Source: Nannocystis bainbridge (lineage in GTDB: Bacteria; Myxococcota_A; Polyangia; Nannocystales; Nannocystaceae). From it: a stretch of 64,000 nucleotides of DNA. The notes below the pieces were generated by a model, which searched no databases, was not told the origin of the DNA, and worked only from the letters and a program-made list of their open reading frames with translations. The position numbers and the translations under genes were made by a program. Positions 30,687 through 40,302 of the stretch are shown here, piece after piece; position 1 is the first letter of the stretch; every line of letters begins with the position of its first letter. The stretch lies in assembly GCF_028368995.1 (NCBI RefSeq), contig NZ_JAQNDL010000001.1, positions 3,552,001 through 3,616,000 of the forward strand, written 5' to 3'.

Positions 30687-32132
30687 TCAGCCGCCGCGGG
30701 CGATGCCCAGCAGCTTCATCTTTTTATGAAGGTGTGTGCGCTCGACATCGAGGGTCTCGGCCGTCTTTGAAACATTCCAGTTCTGCTCGCTCAAGCGCTG
30801 GAGGATGAACGCCCGCTCGACCGAGTCGCGGAACGCCTTGAGCGACATGCCCGGAGGGACAGCTCCCTCGCCGAACTGGACCACCGCGTCGCCACCGACC
30901 GGCGCCCCGGCTTCTTCTTCTAAATCGCCGCGGATCTCCAGCGGCACGTCGCCGATGTCGATGTCGCCGTCGGACAGGATCGCGGTCCGCTCCATCACGT
31001 TGCGCAGCTCGCGGACGTTGCCCGGCCACGGGTAGGTCTCGAGCACCGCCTGGGCGGCCGGCGACAGCCGCTTGGGCGCGATGCCGTTCTCGTGGCAGGC
31101 CAGGTCGAGGTAGTAGCGGCACAGCAGCGCGACGTCGCCCGGGCGCTCGCGCAGCGACGGCACGGCGATCGGCACCACCGCCAGGCGAAAATAAAGGTCC
31201 TCGCGAAACTCGCCGGTGCCCACGAGCTCGCGCAGGTTGCGGTGGGTCGCCGCGAGCACGCGGACGTCGACCTTGATGGGCCGCTCGCCGCCGACCCGCA
31301 TCAACTCGCCGCTCTGCAGCACGCGCAACACCTTGGCCTGCGCGTTCAGGTCCATGTCGCCGATCTCGTCGAGGAAGAGCGTGCCGCCGTGGGCCAGCTC
31401 GAACAGCCCGCGCTTCTGCGCGGTCGCGCCGGTGAACGAGCCGCGCTCGTGGCCGAACAGCTCGCTCTCGATCAGCTCGCGCGGGATCGCGGCGCAGTTG
31501 ACCTTCACGAACGCCGCGGCCCGCCGCTCGCTGGCGTCGTGGATGGCCCGCGCCACCAGCTCCTTGCCGGTCCCGCTCTCGCCCTCGATCAGCACCCGCG
31601 CCCGCGTGCCGCCGACCTTGATCACCTGCCGCAGCAGCTCCTGCATCGGCCGCGACTCGCCGATGATCTCGCGCCGCGCCAGCGCCCGCAGGCTGCGCAG
31701 CTCGGCCTCGGTCTGGTAGTGACGCAGGGCGTTGCGCACGCTGACGATCACGCGGTCGCGCGCGAGCGGCTTCTCGAAGAAATCAAAGGCGCCGAGCCGG
31801 GTCGCCCGCACGGCGTCGGTCACGGTGGCGTGGCCGCTGATGAGGATGATGGGCAGCGGGGGCGTGCCGCCGCCGATCTCGCACAACTTCTCGAGCAGCT
31901 GCAGGCCCGACATGCCGGGCAAGCAGACGTCGACCATGACGACCTGGATCGGTCGCTGGCCCTCGGGACCCTCGACGAGGGCGCGCTGGATCATCGCCAG
32001 GCCGTCCTCCGCGCTGTCGGCGTCGAGCACGGTGGCGCCCTCGCCCTCGAGCACCATGCGGAGCGTGCGACGGATGTTGCGCTCGTCGTCGATGACGAGG
32101 ATCGTCCCGTCCAGGGCCGTGGTCTCGCTCAT
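30687..32132 (-). CDS. Sigma54-dependent response regulator (NtrC/NtrX-like)
   Basis: Receiver domain, [29 protein letters not shown], Fis-type HTH. Confidence 0.95.
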   Translation of the reverse strand: MSETTALDGTILVIDDERNIRRTLRMVLEGEGATVLDADSAEDGLAMIQRALVEGPEGQRPIQVVMVDVCLPGMSGLQLLEKLCEIGGGTPPLPIILISGHATVTDAVRATRLGAFDFFEKPLARDRVIVSVRNALRHYQTEAELRSLRALARREIIGESRPMQELLRQVIKVGGTRARVLIEGESGTGKELVARAIHDASERRAAAFVKVNCAAIPRELIESELFGHERGSFTGATAQKRGLFELAHGGTLFLDEIGDMDLNAQAKVLRVLQSGELMRVGGERPIKVDVRVLAATHRNLRELVGTGEFREDLYFRLAVVPIAVPSLRERPGDVALLCRYYLDLACHENGIAPKRLSPAAQAVLETYPWPGNVRELRNVMERTAILSDGDIDIGDVPLEIRGDLEEEAGAPVGGDAVVQFGEGAVPPGMSLKAFRDSVERAFILQRLSEQNWNVSKTAETLDVERTHLHKKMKLLGIARGG

Positions 32133-32365
32133 GCGGGCCCGATCCTAGCACCGCCGGCGGCGGCCTCGCCCCGCCCGCGAGAGCGCCCGCGACGACCGCC
32201 AGCGACGGTGTCGCTTTGAAGTGCGCGGCGCCCGCAGCGTGGCTCGCACCGCGAATCTCGAATCATCGCGCGGCGCGTCGTCGCTCCGCGCTCGCAGCAG
32301 CCTCTCTGCGCACGCCGCGGTCTGCTCGAACTCACCGCGCAAGCAGCGAGCTGCGGGTCCTCGCC

Positions 32366-32498
32366 TCGCTCGCGCGTGGGCGTCGCGCCTCTACGGGCGC
32401 TCGCCCACGCTGCGAACGGAGTCACTGACGCATCGCTCGCGCGTGGGCGTCGCGCCTCTACGGGCGCTCGCCCACGCTGCGAACGGGAGTCACTGACG
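32366..32498. repeat. Tandem 67-bp REP-like hairpin repeat at the hisS 3' end
   Basis: Two copies, each with stem GCGTGGGCG...CGCCCACGC; the second copy contains the hisS stop codon. Confidence 0.85.
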
Positions 32499-33977
32499 GA
32501 TCAGCGCGCGCACTGCTTCGCCGGCGCCGTCGAGCGCGACGCGCTCCTGCGTGCCGCTGGCCAGGTGCTTGAGCGTGACCTGCCCGGCCTTGAGCTCCTC
32601 GCCGCCGACGATCGCCGCGACGGGGGCCTTCACGCCGGGCGCGTCGGCGTACTGCAGCTGCTTGCCGAGCTTGGCGTCCTCCGGGAACACCTCGACCTTG
32701 AGGCCCTGCCGGCGCAGCGCGTGCGCCACTCGCAGCGCCTCGACCCGCGGCGTGCCCTCCATCCAGCACAGCAGCACGTCTGGCCCGATGGACAGGTTGG
32801 GGAACATCCCGCGCTCCTCCATGACCACGAGGATCCGCTCGAGCCCGAGCGAGAACCCGACCGCCGGCACCTGCTTCTTGCCGAACATGCCGACCAGTTC
32901 GTCGTAGCGCCCGCCGCCGCCGAGGCTGCCCGCGAGGTCCGGCACCGCGATCTCGAAGATCGCGCCGGTGTAGTAGCCGAGCCCGCGCGCGAGATCGAGG
33001 CTGATCTGGACGTGCGGCCCCGCCGGCGTCGCCGCCAGCAGGTCGAACAGCTCGTCCAGCTCGTCGAGCGCCTTGAGCCCGCGCTCGTCGGTGATCTGCT
33101 TGCGCACCCGGTGGATCGGCGTCTTCACGCCCTGGGCGATCTGGTTGAGATCGAAGCCGAACAGCGCCTCCCCGTCGGCGGTGAGCACGAGCATCATCAA
33201 CTTGTTGGCCGCCTCGGTGCCGATGCCCCGCGTCGCCAGCTCGGCGAGCACGCCGCCGTGGCCGAGCTTGTCGAGCTTGTCGAGCGCCACCAGAGCCGCC
33301 GCCTCGTGGGCCAGGTCGATGCCGGCGTGGTGCATCATCGCCCGCAGCAGCTGGCGGTGGTTGACGCGGATCTTGAAGTCGGTGAACCCGAGCGCGTGCA
33401 GCACCTCGGCGACCGCGCCGCACACCTCGGCCTCGGCGACCAGAGAGCTCGTGCCGGTGACGTCGACGTCGCACTGGTAGAACTCGCGGAACCGGCCCTT
33501 GCCCGGGCGATCGGCCCGCCACACCGGCTGGATCTGGTAGCGCTTGAAATACTTGGGGAGGTCGTACTGCGCCGCCACGCGGGCCAGCGGCACGGTGAGG
33601 TCGTAGCGCAGCCCCTGGTCGGCGAGCTGCCCCTCGTAGGCCCGCACGTCAGCCCGCGACTCGCGGTTCGCGTCGTCGCCCGCCGCCGCGCGCGCCTCGT
33701 CCGAAAGCCCGGCCACCAGCTTGGCCCCCGCCTCGAGCCCGCGCTGGAGCGCGTCGCGCCGGTGCAGCAGGCGATACAGCAGCTGGTCGCCCTCCTCGCC
33801 GTACTTGCCGAGCAAGGTGCTGAGGTTCTCGATCGCGGGGGTCTCGAGCGGGACGAACCCGTAGCTGCCGTAGATCCGGCGGACCACGTCGATGACGTGC
33901 TGTCGCCGCGCGATGTCGGCGGGCAAGAAGTCACGCATGCCGCTCGGCGGCTTGGTGGAGAGCTTGGGGGCGTTCAT
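32490..33977 (-). CDS. hisS: Histidine--tRNA ligase
   Basis: PSGMRDF, LRYDLTVP, WRADRPGKGRFREFYQCD, ARGLGYY, GGGRYD, C-terminal anticodon domain. Confidence 0.97.
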   Translation of the reverse strand: MNAPKLSTKPPSGMRDFLPADIARRQHVIDVVRRIYGSYGFVPLETPAIENLSTLLGKYGEEGDQLLYRLLHRRDALQRGLEAGAKLVAGLSDEARAAAGDDANRESRADVRAYEGQLADQGLRYDLTVPLARVAAQYDLPKYFKRYQIQPVWRADRPGKGRFREFYQCDVDVTGTSSLVAEAEVCGAVAEVLHALGFTDFKIRVNHRQLLRAMMHHAGIDLAHEAAALVALDKLDKLGHGGVLAELATRGIGTEAANKLMMLVLTADGEALFGFDLNQIAQGVKTPIHRVRKQITDERGLKALDELDELFDLLAATPAGPHVQISLDLARGLGYYTGAIFEIAVPDLAGSLGGGGRYDELVGMFGKKQVPAVGFSLGLERILVVMEERGMFPNLSIGPDVLLCWMEGTPRVEALRVAHALRRQGLKVEVFPEDAKLGKQLQYADAPGVKAPVAAIVGGEELKAGQVTLKHLASGTQERVALDGAGEAVRALIRQ

Positions 33978-34128
33978 GAGGTAGCGGAGGCGCAGCGGTC
34001 GGCTCGCCCGCTCATTGCCATGCCAGGACTGTGCCGCCGGCGCAAGACCGTCGCGCCCCGCGCGGTTGTGTGCCAAACAGGAAGCCGTGGGGCCCCGATC
34101 GAACCAGCCGCGCGAGCCGCCCCGCGTT

Positions 34129-34317
34129 TTTCACCCGGTCAGCGACGACGTGGGCCAGAGCGGCCTGCAGTGCTCCGTGATCCACCTCCTGCTCGACCTG
34201 CTCGGCGATTACTTCGCGGCCAGGCAGCGCGAGGTGTTCGTCGGGGCCAACCAGTTTTTTTACTACCGGCAGGGTGACCCACGCTCGGTGGTCGCGCCCG
34301 ACGTGAGCGCCGGCTGA
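34129..34317 (+). pseudogene. Truncated Uma2-family endonuclease fragment
   Basis: SGLQCSVIHLL...VFVGANQFFYYRQGDPRSVVAPDV followed by an early stop; resembles a Uma2 N-terminus ending at the PD motif. Confidence 0.55.
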
Positions 34318-34374
34318 GAGACCTGGGAGCGGCGGGCAACGGGCCGAGCTGGCCGCGATCCGCGGCGGCTGAGC

Positions 34375-34471
34375 TGCCCTTTCAGCCAGGTCGATTGCCG
34401 TGAGGTCGCCGCGCGGCCTGTCCTTCAAGACATGCCGCAACGGCGACCCGACAGACCTGGCCTTTCAGCCA
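34375..34471. repeat. Three dispersed 14-bp units
   Basis: TGCCC TTTC AGCCA (34375), TGTCC TTCA AGACA (34419), TGGCC TTTC AGCCA (34458). Confidence 0.6.
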
Positions 34472-34482
34472 GGCCCGCAGGC

Positions 34483-37400
34483 TCACGCCTTTGTCAGCGT
34501 GATCGCCACCGGCTCGTCGTCGATCGTGTCCTCGAGGACATGTTCGCCCGCCAGCGCCGTCTCCGGACCTACCACTTGCAGCGCGTCCGCGCGGGTCTCG
34601 CTGCGGATCTCCGCCGCGTGGGTCGCGTCGGCCAGGGCTGCCGCCAGCTCGCCGCTGCAGCGGAAGGTCACCACGATGCGCTCGTTCATCTCGAGGTCGT
34701 GGTCGCGCCGGAGGTCCTGCACGCGCTTCGTCAGCTCGCGGGCCAGGCCCTTGCGGCGCAGCGCCGGGGTCTGGGTGGTGTCGAGCACCACCGTCACCCC
34801 GGCCTCGTGCGCGACCACCAGGCCCGGACGCGGCGTGCGGGTCAGCAGCACGTCCTCGAGGCCGAGCGCCTCGCCCTCGACCTCGACGCGGCCCTCGGCG
34901 AGGAACCGGCGCAGGGCCGCCTGGTCGAGCGTCTGCACCGCCGCCGCGACCGCCTTCATCTTGCCGCCGAGGCGCTTGCCCAGCGTCTTGAAGTTGGCCT
35001 TGGCGCCGAGCTCGACCAGCGCGCTGTCGTCGGCCGAGGCCGCGACCTCCTCGACGTTGAGCTCGCCCTTGAGCTCCTCCTGCACCGCCGGGTCAGCGAA
35101 GCGGGCCAGCTCCTCCGCGCGCTCGTGCACGATCGTCAGCCGCGCCAGCGGCCGGCGCACGTTGATGCGCTCGCGCTCGCGCAGGCCGAGGCCGAGGCCG
35201 ACGACCTGGCGCTGGGCCGCGACCTCGCGCTCGAGCGCCTCGTCGCGGGCGAACGCGGCGGCCTCGGGGAAGCGGGTGAAGTGCACGCTCTCCTCGCCGG
35301 CCGCCGCCAGGCCCGCGTCGACCACCAGCCGCTGATAAAGATGCTCGGTGAAGAACGGCATCACCGGCGCCATCGCCCGCGCGATCGTCACCAGCGCCCG
35401 GTAGAGCGTCGCGTAGGCGCGCTGCTTGTCGACATCGGCCGGGTTGTTGGCGCGCCAGTAGCGACGCCGGCCGCGGCGGATGTACCAGTTGTTGAGGTCG
35501 TCGCAGATCTCGAGGAAATGCGGGACCAGGTTGGACAGCTCGTAGGCCTCGTACTCGCGGGTGAGGTTGTCGAGGAAGCCGCCGACGCGCGAGGTGATCC
35601 AGCGGTCGAGCGGGTGCTCGAGCGGCTGCGCCTCGAGGTCGGCGGCCGTCGGCGCCCAGCCGTCGGCCAGCGCGTAGGTGGTGAGGAAGTAGTACGCGCT
35701 CCACAGCGGCAAGATCGCCAGGCGGACCGTGTCCTTGACGCACTCGCCGGTCAGGTCGTTGGCGTCCCGGCCGAACTTCATCGGCTCGCCGCGGACCACC
35801 GCGCTGTTGATCAGGTAGGCGCGCAGGGCGTCGGCGCCGAAGCTGTCGATCACGCCCGCCGGGTCCGGGTAGTTCTTGAGCCGCTTCGACATCTTCTTGC
35901 CGTCGGCGGCGAGGATCAGCCCGTTGACGATCACGTTCTTGAACGCCGGCCGGCCGAACAGCGCAGTCGAAAGCACGTGCAGGGTGTAGAACCACCCGCG
36001 GGTCTGATCGAGGCCCTCGGCGATGAAGTCGGCCGGCAGGTTGTCCTCGACGTAGGCCCGCTTGTCGGCGTCGAACGGGTAGTGGTTCTGCGAGTAGGGC
36101 ATGCTGCCCGACTCGAACCAGCAGTCGAAGACCTCGGAGATCCGTCGGTAGGTGCCGCCGCCCGGCGCGGGCCAGCGGATGCCGTCGACGTTCTCGCGGT
36201 GGAGGTCGACGAGGCTGCCGGGGTCGAGGCCGGCGAGGCGCTCGAGCTCGCCGACGCTGCCGATGCAGATCATGTCCGCGGGGTCGCGATCGTTGCGCCA
36301 CACCGGCAGCGGCGTGCCCCAGTAGCGGTTGCGGCTGAGGTTCCAGTCGCGCGCGTTCTCCAGCCAGTTGCCGAACCGGCCGCTGCCGACGTGCTCGGGG
36401 ACCCACCGGATCTTCTTGTTGTTGGCGACCAGCTCGTCGCGCATGCCCTCCACGCGCATGAACCACGTCGAGAGCGCCATGTAGATCAGCGGCTGCTCGG
36501 TGCGGTAGCAGTGCGGGTACGGGTGGACGATCGTGTCCTGGTCGACGACCTTGTGCTCGCGCTTGAGGCGGTCGACGATCGGCTTGTCGGCGTCCTTGAC
36601 GAACAGGCCGGAGAACTCGCCGACGCGGTCGTCGAAGATGCCCGAGAGGTTGACCGGGCAGACGATCGGCAGGCCGTTGGCCTGGCCGACCTGGTAGTCG
36701 TCCTCGCCGAACGCCGGGGCCTGGTGGACGATGCCGGTGCCGCTGTCGGTCGACACGTAGGTCGCGCCGAGCACCTTGAAGCACCAGCGCCCGCCGTCAG
36801 GCCGCTCGCGCAGCTCGGCGAAGAACGGCAGCAGCGGCGCGTAGGGGCGGCCGACCAGGTCCTTGCCCTTGAGGCGCGCGAGCTCCTCGGTGGCGCCGAC
36901 GCGGCCGCGCTGCTGGTAGTCGGCGAGGCGACCGGGCTCGAGGTACGCGACCTCGCCGGTGTCGACCACGCGGACTTTGACGTAGTCGATGTCGGGGTGG
37001 ACCGCGAGCGCCAGGTTGCTCGGCAAGGTCCACGGGGTCGTGGTCCACGCCCACAGGTTCGCGTCCTCGTCCTCGAGGCGGAAGCGGACCGTGAGGCTCG
37101 GGTCCTGGCGCCGCTTGTGGCCCTCCTTGCGGGTCACCGGGTCCTTCTCTTGCGGGCCCTGGGCGACCTCGAAGTTGGACAGCGGGGTGCCCAGCGCCGG
37201 CGACACCGGCTGGACGCGGTAGCCCTCGTAGATGAGGCCCTTCTGCCACAGCTGGCCGAAGCACCACCACACGGACTCCATGAACGTGAAGTCCATGGTC
37301 TTGTAGTCGTCGCGGAAATCGACCCATCGGCCCATGCGACCGACGACCTTCTCCCACTCGGAGGTGAAGCGGAGGACGCCGGCGCGGCAGGCCGCGTTGA

Positions 37401-37785
37401 ACTGCGGCACGCCGTAGCCCTCGATGTCCGCCTTGCCGTGGAGGCCGAGCTCGCCCTCGACGAGGCTCTCGATCGGCAGGCCGTGGCAGTCCCAGCCGAA
37501 CCGGCGCTCGACGCTCCGCCCGCGCATGAACCAGAACCGCGGCACGATGTCCTTGATCGTGCCGGCCAGGAGATGGCCGTAGTGAGGAAGCCCGGTGGCG
37601 AACGGCGGGCCGTCGTAGAACACGAACGCGGGCCGGTCCGAGCCGTCGGCGCGCGTGGTGGTGCGCAAACTCTTGCCCTCGATGTCCCCGTCGCGCCAAA
37701 ATTGGAGGATCTCCTGCTCGAGGCGCGGGAGGTCGAGCTGCGAATTGGGCCTCAAGAACGGGGAAGCGGGCTTCGGGGCGGACAT
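34483..37785 (-). CDS. ileS: Isoleucine--tRNA ligase, type 2
   Basis: DGPPFATGLPHYGH, GWDCHGLP, WTTTPWTLP, DWNLSRNRYWG, KMSKR. Confidence 0.97.
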   Translation of the reverse strand: MSAPKPASPFLRPNSQLDLPRLEQEILQFWRDGDIEGKSLRTTTRADGSDRPAFVFYDGPPFATGLPHYGHLLAGTIKDIVPRFWFMRGRSVERRFGWDCHGLPIESLVEGELGLHGKADIEGYGVPQFNAACRAGVLRFTSEWEKVVGRMGRWVDFRDDYKTMDFTFMESVWWCFGQLWQKGLIYEGYRVQPVSPALGTPLSNFEVAQGPQEKDPVTRKEGHKRRQDPSLTVRFRLEDEDANLWAWTTTPWTLPSNLALAVHPDIDYVKVRVVDTGEVAYLEPGRLADYQQRGRVGATEELARLKGKDLVGRPYAPLLPFFAELRERPDGGRWCFKVLGATYVSTDSGTGIVHQAPAFGEDDYQVGQANGLPIVCPVNLSGIFDDRVGEFSGLFVKDADKPIVDRLKREHKVVDQDTIVHPYPHCYRTEQPLIYMALSTWFMRVEGMRDELVANNKKIRWVPEHVGSGRFGNWLENARDWNLSRNRYWGTPLPVWRNDRDPADMICIGSVGELERLAGLDPGSLVDLHRENVDGIRWPAPGGGTYRRISEVFDCWFESGSMPYSQNHYPFDADKRAYVEDNLPADFIAEGLDQTRGWFYTLHVLSTALFGRPAFKNVIVNGLILAADGKKMSKRLKNYPDPAGVIDSFGADALRAYLINSAVVRGEPMKFGRDANDLTGECVKDTVRLAILPLWSAYYFLTTYALADGWAPTAADLEAQPLEHPLDRWITSRVGGFLDNLTREYEAYELSNLVPHFLEICDDLNNWYIRRGRRRYWRANNPADVDKQRAYATLYRALVTIARAMAPVMPFFTEHLYQRLVVDAGLAAAGEESVHFTRFPEAAAFARDEALEREVAAQRQVVGLGLGLRERERINVRRPLARLTIVHERAEELARFADPAVQEELKGELNVEEVAASADDSALVELGAKANFKTLGKRLGGKMKAVAAAVQTLDQAALRRFLAEGRVEVEGEALGLEDVLLTRTPRPGLVVAHEAGVTVVLDTTQTPALRRKGLARELTKRVQDLRRDHDLEMNERIVVTFRCSGELAAALADATHAAEIRSETRADALQVVGPETALAGEHVLEDTIDDEPVAITLTKA

Positions 37786-37975
37786 ACGGCCTGACTGCCT
37801 GCATGGCTCGCCCGCGGCCACAGGTCAAGTCCCCGCCGCGGGCGCGGCGAGGACGCCCTGCGCGCCGTGAAACCCGACCGGCTTCGGACCCGTCTCAGGC
37901 AAGCCTGCCGCGACGTTGTCGACACGCTCACGGCTGGGTATCCTGTCCCTCACCCCTCGCGAGGCCCTCCGGACC

Positions 37976-39112
37976 ATGACCATGAAACACCTCACTTCCG
38001 CTCTCTTCCTCGTCGCCCTCACGGGCGCGGCCTGCGGCGACGACACCAACGCCACCACCGACTCGGGCGGCGATGCAGAGCGCAAGCCCCAGGTCGGCGA
38101 GTGGAAGAAGGAGGTCGACGCGCTGCCGTTCCCGCTGAGCGGCGACGCCCGGATCACGACGCTGACGATCGGCCGCAAGGAGTACGACGAGAACTTCGCC
38201 AACCGCGGCAACATCGAGGTCCTGTTCGATCACCCCGAAGAGACGATCACCATCGAGACCCGCAAGTACGTGTTCGGCGACAGCATCGACCGCGATAACA
38301 CGTTCGACAAGCTGTCGCTGTGGGCCTTCGTCAGCTCGGGCAACCCGACCAAGCCCGAGTCGCAGTCCGACGCCACGGACTGCTCCTCGAACACGTGGAA
38401 GGACAACTGCGCGATCTTCGCCTACTACGACGGCAAGTCGCAGCCCGAGCGCTCCGGCATGGACTTCCGCGTCCACCTGCCGACCGGCTACCGCGGCAAG
38501 CTGTTCGTCAGCACCGAAGACAACACCACCGAGCAGTCGTACCCGCGCCGCGGCAACATCACGATCGACAACCTCTGCACCCACGGCGACGTGGCGATGG
38601 AGGCCGGCTGGGCCAAGATCAAGATGTGCCGCGAGCTGACGCCGGCGCCGGCCTGTCCGCCCGCGGGCATCGCGGACTGCGAGAATTGGGCCGAGGGCGC
38701 GTGGTCCAAGGACTGCCAGTGCGGCGACGGCAGCCTGTTCGGCCAGCTGATCGTGCGGGCGCCCCAGCCGTGGGCGGCCAACATCACGATCGACATCCCG
38801 GAGACGGTGTGGATGAACACCACGCTGAAGAACACCGAGGTGATGAAGCCGCACGACTGCAAGCCGACGATCACGGCCTGCAACGGCGCCAACTGCGTCG
38901 ACAACACCGACGACGTGTACTCGCCGTCGGCCGAGTTCAACTACCCGAGCAAGGAAGCTCCGTCGGGCGCCGGCTTCAACGTCACCGTCGAGAGCGGCGG
39001 CTGCACCAAGATCCCGTTCGTCGACGACCCGAAGAAGTGGAAGCCGGAGAGCGAGGGCGAGCCGGGCGAGGAGCTGCGCGGCCTGCTCGACGTCTGCAGC
39101 GGCTGCCTGTGA
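37976..39112 (+). CDS. Cys-rich lipoprotein of unknown function
   Basis: MKHL...GAAC lipobox; more than a dozen Cys; host-like codons. Confidence 0.8.
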   Translation: MTMKHLTSALFLVALTGAACGDDTNATTDSGGDAERKPQVGEWKKEVDALPFPLSGDARITTLTIGRKEYDENFANRGNIEVLFDHPEETITIETRKYVFGDSIDRDNTFDKLSLWAFVSSGNPTKPESQSDATDCSSNTWKDNCAIFAYYDGKSQPERSGMDFRVHLPTGYRGKLFVSTEDNTTEQSYPRRGNITIDNLCTHGDVAMEAGWAKIKMCRELTPAPACPPAGIADCENWAEGAWSKDCQCGDGSLFGQLIVRAPQPWAANITIDIPETVWMNTTLKNTEVMKPHDCKPTITACNGANCVDNTDDVYSPSAEFNYPSKEAPSGAGFNVTVESGGCTKIPFVDDPKKWKPESEGEPGEELRGLLDVCSGCL

Positions 39113-39140
39113 TCGCCTGACCCTCGGGACAGGTCCCAGC

Positions 39141-39177
39141 GAGCGCGTCGCCCCCAGGCGGCGCGCTCTTCGCTTTC
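39141..39177 (+). terminator. Putative intrinsic terminator
   Basis: GAGCGCGTCGCC-CCCA-GGCGGCGCGCTC hairpin followed by TTCGCTTTC. Confidence 0.5.
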
Positions 39178-39252
39178 TCGTCGGAGGTCATTTAGTAGCG
39201 AGACGGGACGTCGCCTCGCCGCGAATCTCTGTCCCGAAGGACAGGCGCGACC

Positions 39253-40302
39253 TCACCGCTCGGGCAGCGCCGCGATCGCCTCGGCGTGGCGGCCCTCGCC
39301 GACCACGTAGATCATCTCGGTGTTGCGCAGGTGGCTGACGCGGCCGACCTTCTCGCCGCGCGGGCTGTAGATCCCGATCTGGGCCCCGACGTAGCGCTTG
39401 TAGTCGAACGAAAGCACCCGCACCGGACCACGGCGGGCCAGCAGCGCCTCCAGCTCGGGGCGGCTCAGGTAGCCCTCGTCGCTGAACGAGACCACCATCA
39501 GCGGCGCTCGCACGGCGTCGATCAGCGCCTCCATGCTGGCGCGGATCTTGGTGCGGGCGTTGAACGGGCTGCGGCGCTCCTGGCAGTCGATGCGCTTGCG
39601 CGCGATCCCGTAGGCCTCGGGCGCGTCGCCGCGCACGATCGTCTCCCACACGTGGTAGTTGCCGAGGTACGAGTGTTGATTGTAGGGCGGGTCGAGGTAG
39701 GCGAGGTCGGCCTCGAGCACCGCCGCTGCCGCGACCGCGTCGAGCCCGTGCGCCTGGCCTTTCCCCCATGTCGCGCGGGACAGGACCTCCGGGACACGCA
39801 GCTCGAGGTCGCCGTGGGCGCGGGCGGCCCACGACTTGAGGTAGGCCATCTGCACGCCGGTGGTCGAGTCGACGCGGTCGGCGGCCTCGATGAGGGCGAC
39901 CAGCAGCACCGCCTCGAGCTCGGGCGCCAGGCCCTTGGCGGCGATCGCCCGGCGGATGGCGTCGATGCGGGCCCCGTTCTTCGGCTGGAAGAAGCGGGCC
40001 TCCTCGCAGAACGTGCGGGTCACGTAGCCGGGCTCGCCGGGCAGGGCGTTGAACTCGGTGACCAGGCGGCGGACATCCTCGACCACGTCCTCGCGGTCGG
40101 CCTCGACGTAGCAGCGGGCCAGCGTCTCCGCGTACTTGTTGTGGTCGTTGGCGAGCACGCGGTAGCCCGCGGCCTTGAGCGCGTGCCCGACCCGAGATGT
40201 CCCGGAGAACAGGTCGATCACCGTGCGGACCTCGGGCAGGCCGCGCACGATTCGCAAGATCTGCGGGATCAGCAGCCGCTTCGAGCCGAGGTACTTGATC
40301 AC
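39253..40302 (-). CDS. Orphan N6-adenine DNA methyltransferase (D12 class, NlaIII/HpyI-like)
   Basis: KYLGSK, DLFSGT, AND, NGARIDAIR, YLDPPYN...NYH, SFSDEG; GTG start overlaps the cpoB stop. Confidence 0.9.
   Translation of the reverse strand: MIKYLGSKRLLIPQILRIVRGLPEVRTVIDLFSGTSRVGHALKAAGYRVLANDHNKYAETLARCYVEADREDVVEDVRRLVTEFNALPGEPGYVTRTFCEEARFFQPKNGARIDAIRRAIAAKGLAPELEAVLLVALIEAADRVDSTTGVQMAYLKSWAARAHGDLELRVPEVLSRATWGKGQAHGLDAVAAAAVLEADLAYLDPPYNQHSYLGNYHVWETIVRGDAPEAYGIARKRIDCQERRSPFNARTKIRASMEALIDAVRAPLMVVSFSDEGYLSRPELEALLARRGPVRVLSFDYKRYVGAQIGIYSPRGEKVGRVSHLRNTEMIYVVGEGRHAEAIAALPER

Noticed and set aside
32490-33977. hisS as hisZ (partner of short HisG)
   Set aside because: It retains the motif 2 and 3 catalytic residues and the C-terminal anticodon-binding domain, so it is a true HisRS.
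34432-37794. Very long antisense or alternate-frame ORFs (also 59313-63008, 51590-54358, 42843-45389, 28317-30770)
   Set aside because: Shadow ORFs expected in high-GC DNA opposite well-supported genes; Arg/Ala/Gly-rich with no motifs.
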